From Octopus vulgaris (lineage: Eukaryota), in contig OX597834.1 of NCBI GenBank assembly GCA_951406725.2, positions 25,854,001 through 25,918,000 on the forward strand: a stretch of DNA of 64,000 nucleotides, given 5' to 3'. Below the pieces are notes generated by a model that was given only the letters and a program-made list of their open reading frames with translations, ran no database searches and was not told the DNA's origin. Shown here piece by piece: positions 1-15,122 of the stretch. The translations under genes were made by a program, and so were the position numbers. How positions within the stretch are numbered: the first letter of the stretch is position 1; each line of letters begins with the position of its first letter.

Positions 1-489
1 CGAGGTCAACCCTAATCAGAAGTAATCCAGTTATGGCCATTCCTCCCCTTTGAATTATCTAGTACCGGGCATGGCTGTGTGGTTAGAGAGCTTGCTTCCT
101 AGCTACATGGTTTCGGGTTCAGTCCCACTGCATGGCACTTTGGGTATGAGTCTTCCGCTATAGCCCCGAGCCAACCAAAGCTTTGTGATTGAATTCGGCA
201 GGCGGAAGTTACTGCCGTGTGTGTATTTGTGCGTGTAGGTGCTTGTGCCTCTCCGAAAGAGAGAGAGGGAACACTATCCAATGTATCATTTCTATTTTTA
301 AGACAATGGTATGTGATTTGAAGGTGAAACAGCTGCTAGTTTTAGCAGGTTGAATGACTATATTGAAGCATCCCCTCATTGGCTCAGATAAGCATGTTTA
401 AGTTGAGGTGGTTGAAAGGTACAAAGGCCATTATATCCACACAGCTAGACTAACTACAAAAGCATCTGAGGGGCACCCCAATGACTGGT

Positions 490-790
490 TGCATCAGATC
501 TTGAAGATAAGGAATGTTACTCAAAAGGGTTCATAGCTCAGAGATCAAGAAATATCTCCACATCAAGCCACTACTTCTCTGCATTAAGATGTCACAGCTC
601 CAGTACTATGAACATATGATTAGAATGTTGCAGAAAAGAATTACAAGATAAATTCTTCAAACTGAGTCAACGGGCAGAGGTAGGAATAGGCCATTAACGA
701 GACGGGGTTGGCTAATATCCATGTTCTCACTTGGGAATCCAGCTGGAAAGTGGAATGACATTTGCTTCTGATAAAACTGTTCCCTCACAA
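490..790 (+). mobile_element. Degraded RTE LINE fragment
   Basis: From 541: EIKKYLHIKPLLLCIKMSQLQYYEHMIRMLQKRITR*ILQTESTGRGRNRPLTR, which resembles the RTE consensus EPLLLRIERSQLRW.GH..RM...GRRPRGRP.TRW. It has an in-frame stop; the ends are approximate. Confidence 0.65.
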
Positions 791-2295
791 CCCTTTTAAA
801 CATAGTGGGTGGAGAAGATGAATGTTAATATTGGTGTAATTGTAAATACATTTGGTAAATAGCATGACTATTGTTCATAAAGCACTAATAGCAATTGAAG
901 ATGTCTTTGAAAAACCTTTCATGTGTCTATCTACTTCTTTTGGCCCATTTTCTTCTATTCTTTTAGATAACCTGAGACTGTCTTTGTTTTTATGGTACTT
1001 CCTGTTTATGGACTTCCTGTTTTAAAACTTCCTTTTAAAATTTCATTTTAATTTGTTTCAAACATCAACTTCATAATGATTTTATTTTGTGATATTCTTC
1101 ATTATTTTTGAAATTATTTGAGAGAAAAAGTGTGTTTCAAAAGAAATATAGTAACAAATGGGTAAATATGTTTATATTTGTTTTGACTTTTGGTCCATTT
1201 TCTGGTGATCTTTTGGAAATGTTTTGCATATGTATTTTCTTGTTTCGGTGTATTTTCTTGTATTCTTTAAGAAACCTTTCATGCACATACCTGCTCTGTT
1301 CTATTCTTTTTTCTTGTAAAAATCTGCCTATTAAAGAACACTTTTTGAAAACGTGATATTTCTATGAAATAAGATATTAGTTATTGTTCAGGGTTGCCAC
1401 AGTTTGGTCAGATGGTAAAGTTTACATATCAACAAGGTCCTAGGTTCACTCCCTCTGCAAGGCATTTTGGACAAATGTCATTTTCTACACCTTCAGATTG
1501 ACCCATAACTTGTGAGAGATATTGAGTAGTGGAAGCCTGTCAAATTGATTGTATCTTCTTCATAATTGTCATCATCGTCATCAATTATTTAACATCCATT
1601 TTCCATGTTGACATGGGTTGGCTGGTTCAACAGGGGCCAACTATCCCAAGAGCTGTGTTGATCTTCAATGTCAACTTTCTACATCTGGATGTCCTTCCTA
1701 GAGCCAACCACTTTACAGAGTATGTAGGGTACATTTTTTGTGACACCAGCAGTGGTGAGGTCACCGAGTAACTCAAAAGACAAGACTCCTGCAGTGTTGA
1801 GAGAGATGGCTTTGTGCTTGGAGTCAAGAAGTTAGAGTATAATAGAGTGACAGGAACATTTGTCTTGCTATAGAGGAGACAGTGTGCCATGCTGGTTCTA
1901 CCTGAGGATTACATTCACCCTTTAGCCTTCAGATTACTCTGTCAAATGCATGGTTTTGAATTAACCATGCAAAAACTTGTTGCTTCAAGATTTCAATGAT
2001 TTGATGGTTTGTTTTTAGAATGACAATGCAGGTTAAGTGTGAGATGTTGGATTTGGTGAGCCTAAACATAAAACAAGTAGAATATTTGGGCTGGATACTA
2101 AAGGGTTAAGGATACACATGTCTGTGGAATACTCGGCCACCTAAACTATACCAGATGAACTGTTCTTGTTATTCAAAAGCTCGGCCTTGCCTCACTTTAA
2201 AGTTAAAAGACAAATGGATGTCACATGGATTTCACCTGGGTTTATATTAATGGTGCATTTGTGGAATACTCGGTTTGTGGAATACTCGGCTACTT

Positions 2296-2683
2296 GTGGA
2301 AGCACTCCGTCGGTTACGACGATGAGGGTTCCGGTTGATCCGAATCAACGGAACAGCCTGCTCATGAAATTAACGTGTAAGTGGCTGAGCACTCCACAGA
2401 CACGTGTACCCTTAACGTAGTTCTCGGGGATATTCAGCGTGACACAGAGAGTGACAAGGCCGGCCCTTTGAAATACAGGTACAACAGAAACAGGAAGTAA
2501 GAGTGAGAGAAAGTTGTGGTGAAAGAGTACAGCAGGGATCACCACCATCCCCTGCCGGAGCCTCGTGGAGCTTTTTAGGTGTTTTCGCTCAATAAACACT
2601 CACAACGCCTGGTCTGGGAATCGAAACCGCGATCCTATGACCACGAGTCCGCTGCCCTAACCACTGGGCCATTGCACCTCCAC
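2296..2683 (-). mobile_element. tRNA-derived SINE family C (GGAGGCGCAATGGCCCAGTGGTTAGGGCAGCGGACTC...)
   Basis: tRNA-like head (TGGCCCAGTGG ... GGTTTCGATTCC); 12-bp TSD ACTCGGCTACTT at 2284-2295 / 2684-2695. Confidence 0.85.
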
Positions 2684-3345
2684 ACTCGGCTACTTACATG
2701 CTAATTCAATCAACAGGAAATTCACTTGATTGAACAAACACTTTTCCATTTTGTCTGCTGGGACCATGAGATGATCTGAATTACAGGAAATCAAGAGAAT
2801 GTAAGAATCTCCTAGCTTACTTCCCATAATTGGTCAGCATATCAACGATAGACAAATTGTCATTATTAACTCTTGACAACTGAAACTGATAGAAAAATCC
2901 TCCTCCCATCCATTGTCCCATTTTTCAGGAAATAAATGCACCACTTTTCAAAAACCTAAGCTGGTTATTTTGAATTATTTTTCTAGTTTTACTATCACTG
3001 CTCTTTTTGTAATTTTGTTGACCAAAAATTGCTATATAAAGCAAATTTGTTTAATAGAATTTTACAATATTAAAAATATAAGATTTTATATTATTAGATG
3101 AAATTTATTAGTTTTTTGGTATCAGTATCATAAATAGAATACCTAACACTCATGTGTTTCAGAAATATTTTTAGTTGGTGCTTTGGTATACTAACTGCCA
3201 AAGACTAATTCATATACCTATCTATATACCTGCTTGTCTCTACTTCAGCCTCTATGTTGGCTGTTAACTTGTGTAATGTTTATCTTCTGTCTGTTTGCTA
3301 CCTTTCTATTCACATATCTATTTCCCTTCATTCGCCCTCTCTTTT

Positions 3346-3377
<32 letters not shown>

Positions 3378-3408
3378 ATATGTGTGTGTGTATGTATATA
3401 TATATGTA

Positions 3409-3451
<43 letters not shown>

Positions 3452-3546
3452 CCTGTGGTATGTATGCTATGAATTTCAGACTTTCTCCTTGTGTCTCCTT
3501 GAAATTCGTTGTGTGATGAATTACATAACTAGTATACTAGAGGAAG

Positions 3547-3598
<52 letters not shown>

Positions 3599-4189
3599 AC
3601 TACTACTACCACTTATATATATATATATTGAAAGTGTAGATTCTGTCAGTTCATTGACCCTTATCTCTTCCCTCCATTTCTAACCCAACTGTATCTGATC
3701 TCCTTCATATCAATACAACTAAGATGTCCCAATGTCCCATTGTAACATTATCACCATCAATGTTGATCAATTGAAATTTCTCTTTGAAATATTAAATATA
3801 AAAAACAAAAAACCTTCATGTTTGAAGGTAGCCATCATTTTGGGAATAGCCTTTAAACACACACACACACACACACACACATACACTCTTCCCCCTCTCT
3901 CTCTTGCTCGCTCGCTCGCTCTCTACCCCTCCATCCCTACATCACTTCCCTCTTCTTCAGTCTCCCTTCCTCCTCCCCCCCCTCCTCCACCTCTCTCACA
4001 TATCATTGAACTCCTGTAACTTCAAAACCAAAGATGGCATTGAGAAGCGTTGCAGTTCGGAAGACATTCCATCTGAACATGTAATTAATAAAGTATGGGG
4101 GTAGTTCCTTATTTTCTTTCTGTATCAAAGAATTTCCTGTGGAAGGATTCCTTCTACTCTTCTATTGAGTGTGTATGTGTGATCTATGT

Positions 4190-4373
4190 GTGTGTGTGTT
4201 CATATTTATTTATATATATCTATGTGTATGTATATATGAATAGATATATGTATGTATGTGTATATATATATAGATATGTGTGTGTATATATATATGTATA
4301 AAAATGTATATGTATATATATATATGTGTATATATATATATGTATATATATATGTATGTATATATATATATGT

Positions 4374-4404
<31 letters not shown>

Positions 4405-4413
4405 TGTATATAC

Positions 4414-4474
<61 letters not shown>

Positions 4475-4489
4475 GGTATATATATATAT

Positions 4490-4523
<34 letters not shown>

Positions 4524-4542
4524 ATGTACACATATATATATA

Positions 4543-4577
<35 letters not shown>

Positions 4578-4670
4578 GTACACATCTATATATATATGTG
4601 TGTGTGTATATATATGTGTGTATATATGTGTGTATATATATATATATATGTGTGTGTATATGTGTGTGTG

Positions 4671-4702
<32 letters not shown>

Positions 4703-4728
4703 AATAGAGAGAGAGAGAGAGAGAGAGT
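4190..4728. repeat. Compound (TA)n/(TG)n/(GA)n microsatellite
   Basis: Directly visible; it generates the spurious YIYI ORFs. Confidence 0.97.
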
Positions 4729-4899
4729 TAGAAAACAGAGAAATCTAATGGATATAAATTAATTTGTTAATTAATTAACATATTCACCTACAATTGTTTC
4801 ATTTCACAAACAAAATTAAAATTACAAAACATGTAGTATAAATATATAATTTTACATTTTAAATACCTTGTATGGAAAATCATCAGGGTGTATGCTACA

Positions 4900-5024
4900 C
4901 ACCTTCCTTCCAAGAACTGCTTTAAACAGGGTTCAAGGTCAGTCTTTATGAAGCAGCTTCACTCTGCATGCTTTAGCTTCGTTACTATGGTAACAGTCTG
5001 GATACTTATTGATCAGACCTCGTA
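4900..5024 (-). mobile_element. Tc1/mariner terminal fragment
   Basis: Reverse complement begins TA|CGAGGTCTGATCAATAAGTATCCAGACTG, a mariner-type terminus. A related fragment lies at 29224-29276. Confidence 0.55.
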
Positions 5025-5207
5025 TTTCTTGATGAAATGAACACATGAACTATGAGCCACCTGATATCCATGAATGCTGCAGACTGTCCTGTGATCATCC
5101 CAGGAGTATGGACTATGACCATAAGAAACGTGTGATTTTGTGGAAACGTGTGTAGTGATGCATTATTATTATTACGTGTAATATATATACATATATATAT
5201 TTAAAAT

Positions 5208-5249
<42 letters not shown>

Positions 5250-5267
5250 TATATACATATATAAATA

Positions 5268-5323
<56 letters not shown>

Positions 5324-7619
5324 CACACACATGCATAAAAGCATTCATATGCATTAATAAATGAATGAGGAAAGAGCAGGTGTTGTATAATTACTTGCTG
5401 TAGCTTAACGCTGTTTCTGCTGCACAGATTTGGGTGCCAATGCTTGCCATTTATTCATTCATTTATTAATTGGTGTTTCTTCTGTTTGATATAATGAATC
5501 TGGAATAAGGACTGTAGACTTTACTGCTGGATCTTAGAAATACTGGGAGCTATAGGTACACTGAGTTCTAACATCAGGTTATTGGTACTGCTGTGGCAAA
5601 GCAGAATCATCATCAACATCATATATCATCATCATCATCATCGTTTAACGTCCGCTTTCCACGCTAGCATGGGTTGGACGGTTCAACTGGGTCTGGGAAG
5701 CCAGACGGCTGCACCAGGCCCAGTCTGATCTGGCAGTGTTTCTACATCTGGATGCCCTTCCTAACGCCAACCACTCCGTGAGTGTAGCGGGTGCTTTTTA
5801 CGTGCCACCGGCATAGGTGTTTGACGAGGCTGGCAACGGCCACGATCGGATGGTGCTTTTTACATGCTACCGGCACGGAGGCCAGTCAGGGCGGCGCTGG
5901 CTACGGCCACGTTCGGATGGTTCTCTTATGTGCCACTGGCACTGGTATCACAGCTACAAATTCCATTGATATTGATCGATTACAATTTTGATTTCAATTT
6001 TGATTTTCACTTGCCTCAACAGGTCTTCACAAGTAGAGTTTTGTGTAAGAGTCCTGTGTCTGTGCCTCTATTTATACTCTAACTTCTTATTGGCTGGCAT
6101 AAGGGCACCTCTCCCATTCAGTTGAGGGGACTTGTCTTGCAGCTTACCTGTTGACCTCACTGCTACTGGTACCACATAAAAAGTGCCCAATACACTCTCT
6201 GAAGTGATTGGCATTAGGAAGGGCATCCAGCTGTAGAAACCCTGCCAAGGCAGACAGAAGAGCTTGGCGCAGTCTTCTGACTTGCCAGCTCTTGTCAAAC
6301 CATCCAACAGATGCCAGCATGGAAACCAGATGTTAAATGATGATAGTGATAATGATATACCTGCATATATGCAAAAGGTAGCCTCAAAATCTTCTTACTC
6401 AAATCCATTTGTGTTTTTAAAAACAAATGGAAGCATATCAGATAGAGAATGTCCTAGATACATAAGAGTGATCTTAGTTGAATTGACTTTGGTCACAGGT
6501 CTGCTCAGTGATGGTTGACCTGGGTTAAACAACAACATTGACGGCTTCAGTCTTTAAAAATAAAAGTCACGACTGATTGATCTGCAGCATTGGTTCCGAT
6601 ATGCAAAAATAAACAGCTTTTGTATTACTGATGTAGTATATTTCAGTGATGAAGAATATAGTGTTATTCTGCAAGAAAAGCAGAAAAATGGAATGTGGAA
6701 GCCCTGATACCGTCTTCGAAATGCATGAGTATGGAAAAGAAATACAGGATGGAGAATGTGACAGTTGTAGAATTGGTTAATTACTTAGTTTGGAAAGAGT
6801 TGATAAAGTTAAAAGACAAATGTACCAAACAGGTCAAAGGAAAATTTGGGGGTTGACTAACAAATTAATCAAACCTTTTAAACCATTAATAAGGAATTAA
6901 CAAATACTTTGTTGCCAGGAATCTTTTTCATCTTCTTAGGGTGTCTGGCTGCACCTTTGTTACTATGTTTTAATTTTTTTTTTACTTCCTATTTAGTTAT
7001 TTTGTGATTCTAGATATGTGTTATAGGCATATAGACCTAAGATGTCACCCTGTTTAATACCACCAACGCTCTAAACATTTATGTGTTTGCTCAATTGTAT
7101 CCAAGTTTACTTAAACCACACCCTATCTTTTTCAAGAAAAGTATGCATTGGATAATGTGGTTCTCAGTTCTCAGCATACAGGAAAAAGTTGGAGTGATCG
7201 TGGGTGGAATGCTTTTGATCTTAGGTCTGCGCAATCAAGGCTGACCTTGAGCTAAAACTCAATGACAATCATACTCTTGGGTTAACTCAGGTCTTGTACA
7301 TAAAACTGGGTTGATAAAAACTATGCAGAAACACACTGGGTGGATTGTACCTGTTATGGTTAGGATACACATGTCTGTGGAATACTCAGCCGCTTATATG
7401 CTAATCTAATGAGCAGGTAGTTTGGTTGATTGAACAATTGAGCCTCCATAATCAACATTGACAGAGGTGCATTTACTTACTTGCATCTGGATGTATCTGC
7501 ACACATAAGTGCACATATACAGATTTGCATGTTTATCTGCATGTGTGTGTGTGTGTACACATGCATATGTATATTCCCTTATTATTGAAATGTTTTACAT
7601 ATTTTCACAGTACCTTTAA

Positions 7620-7839
7620 CCCTTTCATTACTGTATTTATTTTGAGATGGTTTGTGTTTCTTTCAATCACTTTAAATATAACAAAGAATTTAGTAAAATA
7701 TCTTAGTTATCATTAAGCTAATGTTAGGAACATAAATTGTGACTAAGTTTTGGTGGAAGATTTTAATTCAGAATGTATGAAAACAAGACATTTATACTCA
7801 GAGTCAGAGCCGGTTTCAGCCGGGTTGGTAACGAAAGGG
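7620..7839. mobile_element. piggyBac-type MITE, family 1
   Basis: TTAA|CCCTTTCATTAC ... GTAACGAAAGGG|TTAA: CCC/GGG termini with a TTAA TSD. Confidence 0.85.
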
Positions 7840-8789
7840 TTAATGGTTTATAACTGGAATATCATAGCTGTGTCCTTTATGATAATGTGAAGACCTGCTT
7901 CTCAAAACTGGTGCTGACACATTGAGTTACATATGCAAATCCCTCAGGAGTATAGATATATGTGTGTTTGTATGGGTTTGTATGTATTTCTGTGTGTCTA
8001 TGTATGTGTATGTACATATTGTGTTTGAGATTGAAGTTCACAGAATTCAAGCCAGTCACTAACAAAGTGATAAGCATGAATTCCTTTTTCTTTTTTTTTT
8101 TTTGTTGGCCTCTATATTTGTTAATGAGCTATTATTTAACCTTAGGTCAACCTTGATCGATGATCAAAAGCAATGATCAAAACTTTTCCAGATACGACTG
8201 TCCTTTTGTGTATATGTAATAAGAGGCCTCTTACTTGAAAAACGAGTATGGGCCAATGACAAAAAGGGTATCTGGCTATAAAACTATGCCTCTCTCAATG
8301 ATCTATTCATGTGGCCTATGCTAGCATGAGAAAATGGGTGTAAAAATGAATGAATTTCTGTTGTTATTGTAAATTTTATGACAATCTGTTATTTGTTGAG
8401 TTCCCTTGTGTTAGGTGTTACCTTATGTGCAAACCTGCCGTAATGTATTTATACTCTCTAAGTATTTATCTTTTTAGACATGTATACCTGTATGAGTATG
8501 CATGTGTGTGTGTTTGCATGTATGTGTGCATATTTAAACATTGGTGTATATGTGAGTGTGTATGTATATAAATATTGAGAACACATCACTTACACACACA
8601 CACACACACACAATCAGTCATAGTCGGGGTTTTATGTCATTAAGTAAATAATTAGTGTTTTATTAGTTTTCATAATATAAAATATCAGGACACATCAGAT
8701 ATGTACCCTTTTAGTCAGGATCCACAGGCTTGTCATTTCCCTTCTTTTAGGGGATCAACAAAACTGGGAATGTTAAATGATATACTCAT

Positions 8790-9145
8790 TTCTTTTATTT
8801 GTTTCAGTCATTTGACTGTGGCCATGCTGAAGCACCACCTTTATAATCAAGCAAACCGATCCCAGAGCTTATTCTTTGTAGGTCTCTTTTGCCAAACTGC
8901 TAAGTTACGGGAATGTAAACACACCAGCATCGTGATGCTGGGGGGACAAACAGACACACATACATACATACATACATATATATGACGGGCTTCTTTCAGT
9001 TTCCGTCTACCAAATCCACTCACAAGGCTTTGGTCAGCCCGAGGCTATAGTAGAAGACACTTGCCCAAGGTGCCACGCAGTGGGACTGAACCCGGAACTA
9101 TGTGGCTGGTAAGCAAGCTACTTACCACACAGCCACTCTTGTGCC
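8790..9145 (-). mobile_element. SINE family B
   Basis: Reverse-complement match to family B. Confidence 0.8.
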
Positions 9146-9519
9146 TATGGGCAAGTTTTTTTTTTTTTGTTCCGTCCAGGTAGGTAGCTGTCCATTCATG
9201 CTAGTCTTTGCTCTTATGTCACTGATATTCTTTAAGGACAAATCTGATACATCTTGATATCATTGGTGTCGTGAGAATTGTTGTTGGAATGCAAAGTGGA
9301 ACAGACCCTGCAAGGCATCCTATCTGGTGCTATTACAATTCCATCAATCCACTGTTCGGGATTTTTGTTCTGAAACTCTTTCTTTATTGACTTTGACCCT
9401 GAAAGGATAAGTTGACCTTGGTGAGATTTGAACTCAGAGTATGCATAGAATTAGAACAAATACTACAAACCAATCTCTCTAATACTCTGGCAACTCACTG
9501 TGTATGTGCGTATATATAT

Positions 9520-9816
9520 CACCGTGATTGACCAGGCTATCAGATGTTGCTACACATCGCTGGTCACAATGCGCTTCGCATTGTTTTAGCCTTCAAATGA
9601 CGCCACCCCCTGGCTAAGCGAGCAGGCCAACAGAAGAAAGAGTGAGAGAAAGTTGTAGCGAAAGAGTACAGCAGGGATCGCCACCATCCCCTGCCGGAGC
9701 CTCGTGGAGCTTTAGGTGTTTTCGCTCAATAAACACTCACAACGCCTGGTCTGGGAATCGAAACCGTGATCCTACGACCGCGAGTCCGCTGCCCTAAACA
9801 CTTGGCCATTGCGCCT

Positions 9817-9818
<2 letters not shown>
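9520..9818 (-). mobile_element. SINE family C head with an alternative tail
   Basis: Same head and body as family C up to ...CTCTCACTCTT, then a different tail that also occurs at ~40754-40870 and ~61310-61420. Confidence 0.75.
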
Positions 9819-9858
<40 letters not shown>

Positions 9859-9859
<1 letters not shown>

Positions 9860-9985
9860 AGGGGTGCTGAAAAGTTCCTGGCTTCTGAGTTCTTTTACAA
9901 GGCTTAGAAAAACTGAAAGACTGCTACAACAAGTGTGTGAATCTGAGAGAGGAATATGTTGGATAAAATCATATTTAACTGATGT
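9859..9985 (+). mobile_element. Internally deleted mariner remnant
   Basis: TIR-like GAGGGGTGCTGAAAAGTTCCTGGCTT after (TA)n. 9901-9966 encodes GLEKLKDCYNKCVNLREEYVG*, a mariner transposase C-terminus. Confidence 0.7.
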
Positions 9986-10879
9986 TTTGTAGGCAGGAGA
10001 AATGAGAGCAACATGACAACTTATTTGTGTATTAAGGCTACCAATGGTAGCTTTAATACACAAATAAAGAATTTTTATCAACCAACTCATTCTCACTTTT
10101 AGATATATATATATATGTATATCGTAAAAAGCACCATCCGAACATGGGCGATGCCAGCGCCGCCTGACTGGCTTCCGTACCGGTGTCATGTAAAAAGCAC
10201 CAACCGATTGTGGCCGCTGCCAGCTTCTCCTGGCACTTGTGCCTGGGGGCATGTAAAAAGCACCCACTACACTCATGGAGTGGTTGGCATTAGGAAGGGC
10301 ATCCAGATGTAGAAACACTACCAGATCAGACTGGAGACTGGTGCAGCCTCCTGGCTTCCCAGACCCCAGTCGAACTGCCCAACCCATGCTAGCATGGAAA
10401 ACGGACGTTAAACGATGATAATGATATGGGTCTAAATGATGGCATGATAGTAAACAATATGCTATACAATCTCATACAAGTACTATCAGAGCATGAAACT
10501 TATAGTAGCTTAAATTTCAATCCTGCCTTTACTAAATAATATATCTATATATTTGTAAGTAGTTTCATGAACAAAAAAGGGAGTACTCAATACATTATAT
10601 AGAGTAAATGTACAGGAATTGCCATGTGATTTTCAAAATACATTCCACAACCATTATACTCTACATTTGATCCCACTGTGTGTTACTTTGGACAACAGAC
10701 TTCTGTTATGGCTTCAGCTTGACCAACATTTTATGAGTGAAATTGGGTGGATAGAAACTGTGCAGAAGTCAGTGTATGTGTCTGTATGGGGGGTCATGTG
10801 CAATGACAGTGTATGGTCATGTGTGTGTAGATGTTATGTAATGTATGATTGTATGTACTTAATGCATGCTCCAGGTGTC

Positions 10880-11437
<558 letters not shown>

Positions 11438-11934
11438 TGTGCTTACAACACTGAGTGGTTGATAGAAAATCACTTTCTCTGTTATTTTTGCCGGGTGTGA
11501 TTCTTCTATTTATTTTTCCAATGGATGTTGGTGGCGGCAGCGGCGGCAGCAGTGAACGTATATTTGTGTTTTTATTTGTTTATTCTCACTCTGTTTTTTT
11601 TTTGTTTTTTTTTTGTTTTTTTTTGTTTATGTCTTGTTTTCTCCATCCAATGTGGTAAATTTAGACACTGCCCTTATATGGAGCTGTTTTTGCCCACCAT
11701 TATATACCACTACTAAATAACATCATCGTATTTCCTTCCAGTTGTTGTTTTTTTTCTTCTTTTTTTTACTTTTTTTTTCTTTCTCTTTTGCTTGTTTCCT
11801 TTTGCAACTTGGCAACCTGTCTTCCATATTGTGAACTCAACTTGGGTTGGTCCTATGATAGCAAGAAGCTACCTCAACACATCTCTTTAATTTCTTGCTC
11901 ATTCTCCTCCCTCCGTCTGTCTCTCCCTCGCCTC

Positions 11935-12410
<476 letters not shown>

Positions 12411-13166
12411 TTTGTATGTATCTGCTACCAATTTCCTCTTCCTCCTTATGATTGGATAATAAATATCTCCTCTCCAATATTATCCATCTTTCTTTCTTTC
12501 TTTCTTCTACTTTCCTCCTCTGTCTTCTTTCGTCTTCCTTCTCTCTCCTTTTATCTTGAAACTTCCTCCAGTTACTCAAACTCCAGCCAATACACATGCC
12601 CACCACCACCACCACCACTGCTGCCGCCACCACCTCTTTAAATCTCTCGTCATTACACTTTTTCCTCGTTTAATTCTTCTTTATTTCTTACTTTCAAACT
12701 TCACTTATCTGCTTTCTTAATAGTCTTAAATTTCCTTTTTTTATTATTTTTCTTTATCTGAGAGGAATGTGTGTGTAGGGGAGTTGCTTTTTTTTTTTTT
12801 TATAATATTTAATATAATTTTATTTTTTTTTTTTTTTTTGTCTTTCACAAATAAACTGACTTTCAGAAATACATTGAGATTTGAATATTTTACCATTCTT
12901 GCCAAAATAATTTTAAATACTTCAAATGTTGTATTTTTAATTAGAAAAAGGAAAGAAAAGGTTAAGACATGCTTTATTAGTTTTGGAATTATGTAGAGTA
13001 ATATAAACAATAATGAGTGTAGATATGGATACAGAAGAGTTTTTCTGAAGATACAATACATGATCAACAATCTTCAGGACACTTATGTGTATCCTTGGAT
13101 TTTTAAATTGAGAAACTGATTCTTCATGGTTTTGTCAGTGAGATATGTTTGTCCAATAACAAGGAA

Positions 13167-13462
13167 CAGTGGTGGACTGGCCAGGTTGCCAGCTTGCCCG
13201 ATGGCAAGTGGGCCCCTGCGCCATTAGAATCCATATATGGGGGGGGGGTCCATATTAGCATCTAAGGGGCCCGTCCCTTCAAGTTTGAGAATTTTTTATT
13301 CACTCCTATAAGAATGCATTAATTAATTCAGCCTGGATATGTTTGTAGACAGTTGAAAAGAATACTTTAAACAAAAAAATAAATTAAATGATAACATTGT
13401 AGTTGCGGGTGGGCCCCCCTTAGTCTCCTGGCAACCAATATTTTTAGACCAGTCCACTACTG
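13167..13462. mobile_element. hAT-type MITE
   Basis: Terminal inverted repeats CAGTGGTGGACTGG / CCAGTCCACTACTG, subterminal GGGCCC motifs and ggttgccag/ctggcaacc inverted repeats. The flanks ACAAGGAA / GCAAAGAG may be a decayed 8-bp TSD. Confidence 0.7.
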
Positions 13463-14122
13463 GCAAAGAGTCCAATATGACTTAGAATTGACAAACTGCT
13501 GTAGCCATCACCTGCTGTCATGCAACCATCAAAGGTATTTGATCCACTTTCTGTTCCTCTGAAGTTTGGACATCATTGTAACCCTAGAGAAGTCAAGAGT
13601 GGTTGCATGTGCTGCTGCCTCATGTCTCCAGAAGAAGAGCATGACTTGCTGTCCCACCCCAAATACGCAATTTTTTTCCTAAGCCATTTGATGTGAGGCC
13701 CTTGAATGTGTGAAGTGTGCAGAAGGTTTTGTCAACTTATAACACATTTATATCCACCTCTGGTTCTGATACATAAGCCATCTGTTTTAAAGAGTTCATA
13801 TTTAAATTAGAAATTTTTATTTCTAAAGGTTTATCATATAAGGATCAGTACTGAAATTAGAGTTGCTGTTTTAACCCCTTTGATACCAACCCACCCACCA
13901 AACACAAGGCTACCCCTATACAAACTTCCTGCTTCATACAAACTTCCTGTTATATACAAACTTCCTGTTTTGAAGTAATCTAAACTAAAAGCTTCCATCA
14001 GAATTTTATGTTCACCTGTGTTTCAAACACCAGCTTAACAATGATAAAAGTATTTTACTATTTTCAAAAGGAATTGAAACAAACCAGTGTATTTCAGCAG
14101 AAATCATCATCATCGTTTAACA

Positions 14123-14298
14123 TCTGCTTTCCATGCTAGCATGGGTTGGACGATTTTGACTGAGGGCTGGCGAACCAGATGGCTGCACCAGGCTCCAATC
14201 TTGATCTGGCAGAGTTTCTACCAGATCAAGATTGGAGCCATCTGGTTTGCCAGCACCTCAGTCAAAATCATCCAACCCATGCTAGCATGGAAAGCGGA
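14123..14298. repeat. Fold-back (inverted duplication) of a family D 3' end
   Basis: 14123-14209 pairs with 14221-14298; 11-nt loop and one ~10-nt bulge. Confidence 0.92.
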
Positions 14299-14732
14299 CA
14301 ATATGGTAACAAAACAGTTAAATGAAGCATTGTGAGACAGAGGGATTAAAATTATTTTAGAAGTTTATCAACTTTCTCCATTTTCTGTTCATGAAGAGGT
14401 TTTAACCCTGAAATATTTAAATCTAAGATAAATATATGTAAACTGTTGTTTAGTTTTTCTTTACATCTGCTTTTGCTCTTATATTTTCAACTTGCATGGT
14501 AACCATTTTTTCGAAAACTGATTTTAAATGGAGCTGGGTACTTCAACCTTGTAGCAGTGAATCAGCCACATCCAGTCAAAATATTTGACCCGTTTTATGT
14601 TGAAACTGACCAGATCCATCCTCTCACCTCTACTCTAGAATGTCATTCTAAAACTAAACAATTACATCACTGAAGTCTCTATACTACAAGATAATATATG
14701 ATTAATTCAAAACAATATAAATAAGCATTATA

Positions 14733-15122
14733 TATTTCTTTACTATCCACAAGGGGCTAAACACAGAGGAGACAGTGCGAAACTGGTACTTTATTTATAG
14801 ACCCCGAGAGGATGAAAGGCAAAGTCAACCTCAGCAGAATTTGAACTCAGAACGTAGCGGCAGACGAAATACTGCTAAGCATTTTGCCCGGCGTGCTAAC
14901 GATTCTGCCAGCTTGCCGCCTTATATATATACATATATACACACACATACATAACATACATTGTACGCGCGCGCGCACACATCGCGAAACGGGGAGTAAT
15001 ATCAGTCAACAACCGAAGAGGGGTTAGACCTCGGCAGAATTTGAACTCAGAACGTAGCGGCAGACGAAATACTGCTAAGCATTTTGCCCGGTGTGCTAAT
15101 GTTTCTGCCAGCTTGCCACCAT
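14733..15122 (-). mobile_element. Two family A SINE pieces on the minus strand
   Basis: Reverse-complement matches at ~14733-14921 and ~15027-15122. Older diverged copies also occur at ~47918-48135 and ~49230-49670. Confidence 0.75.
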
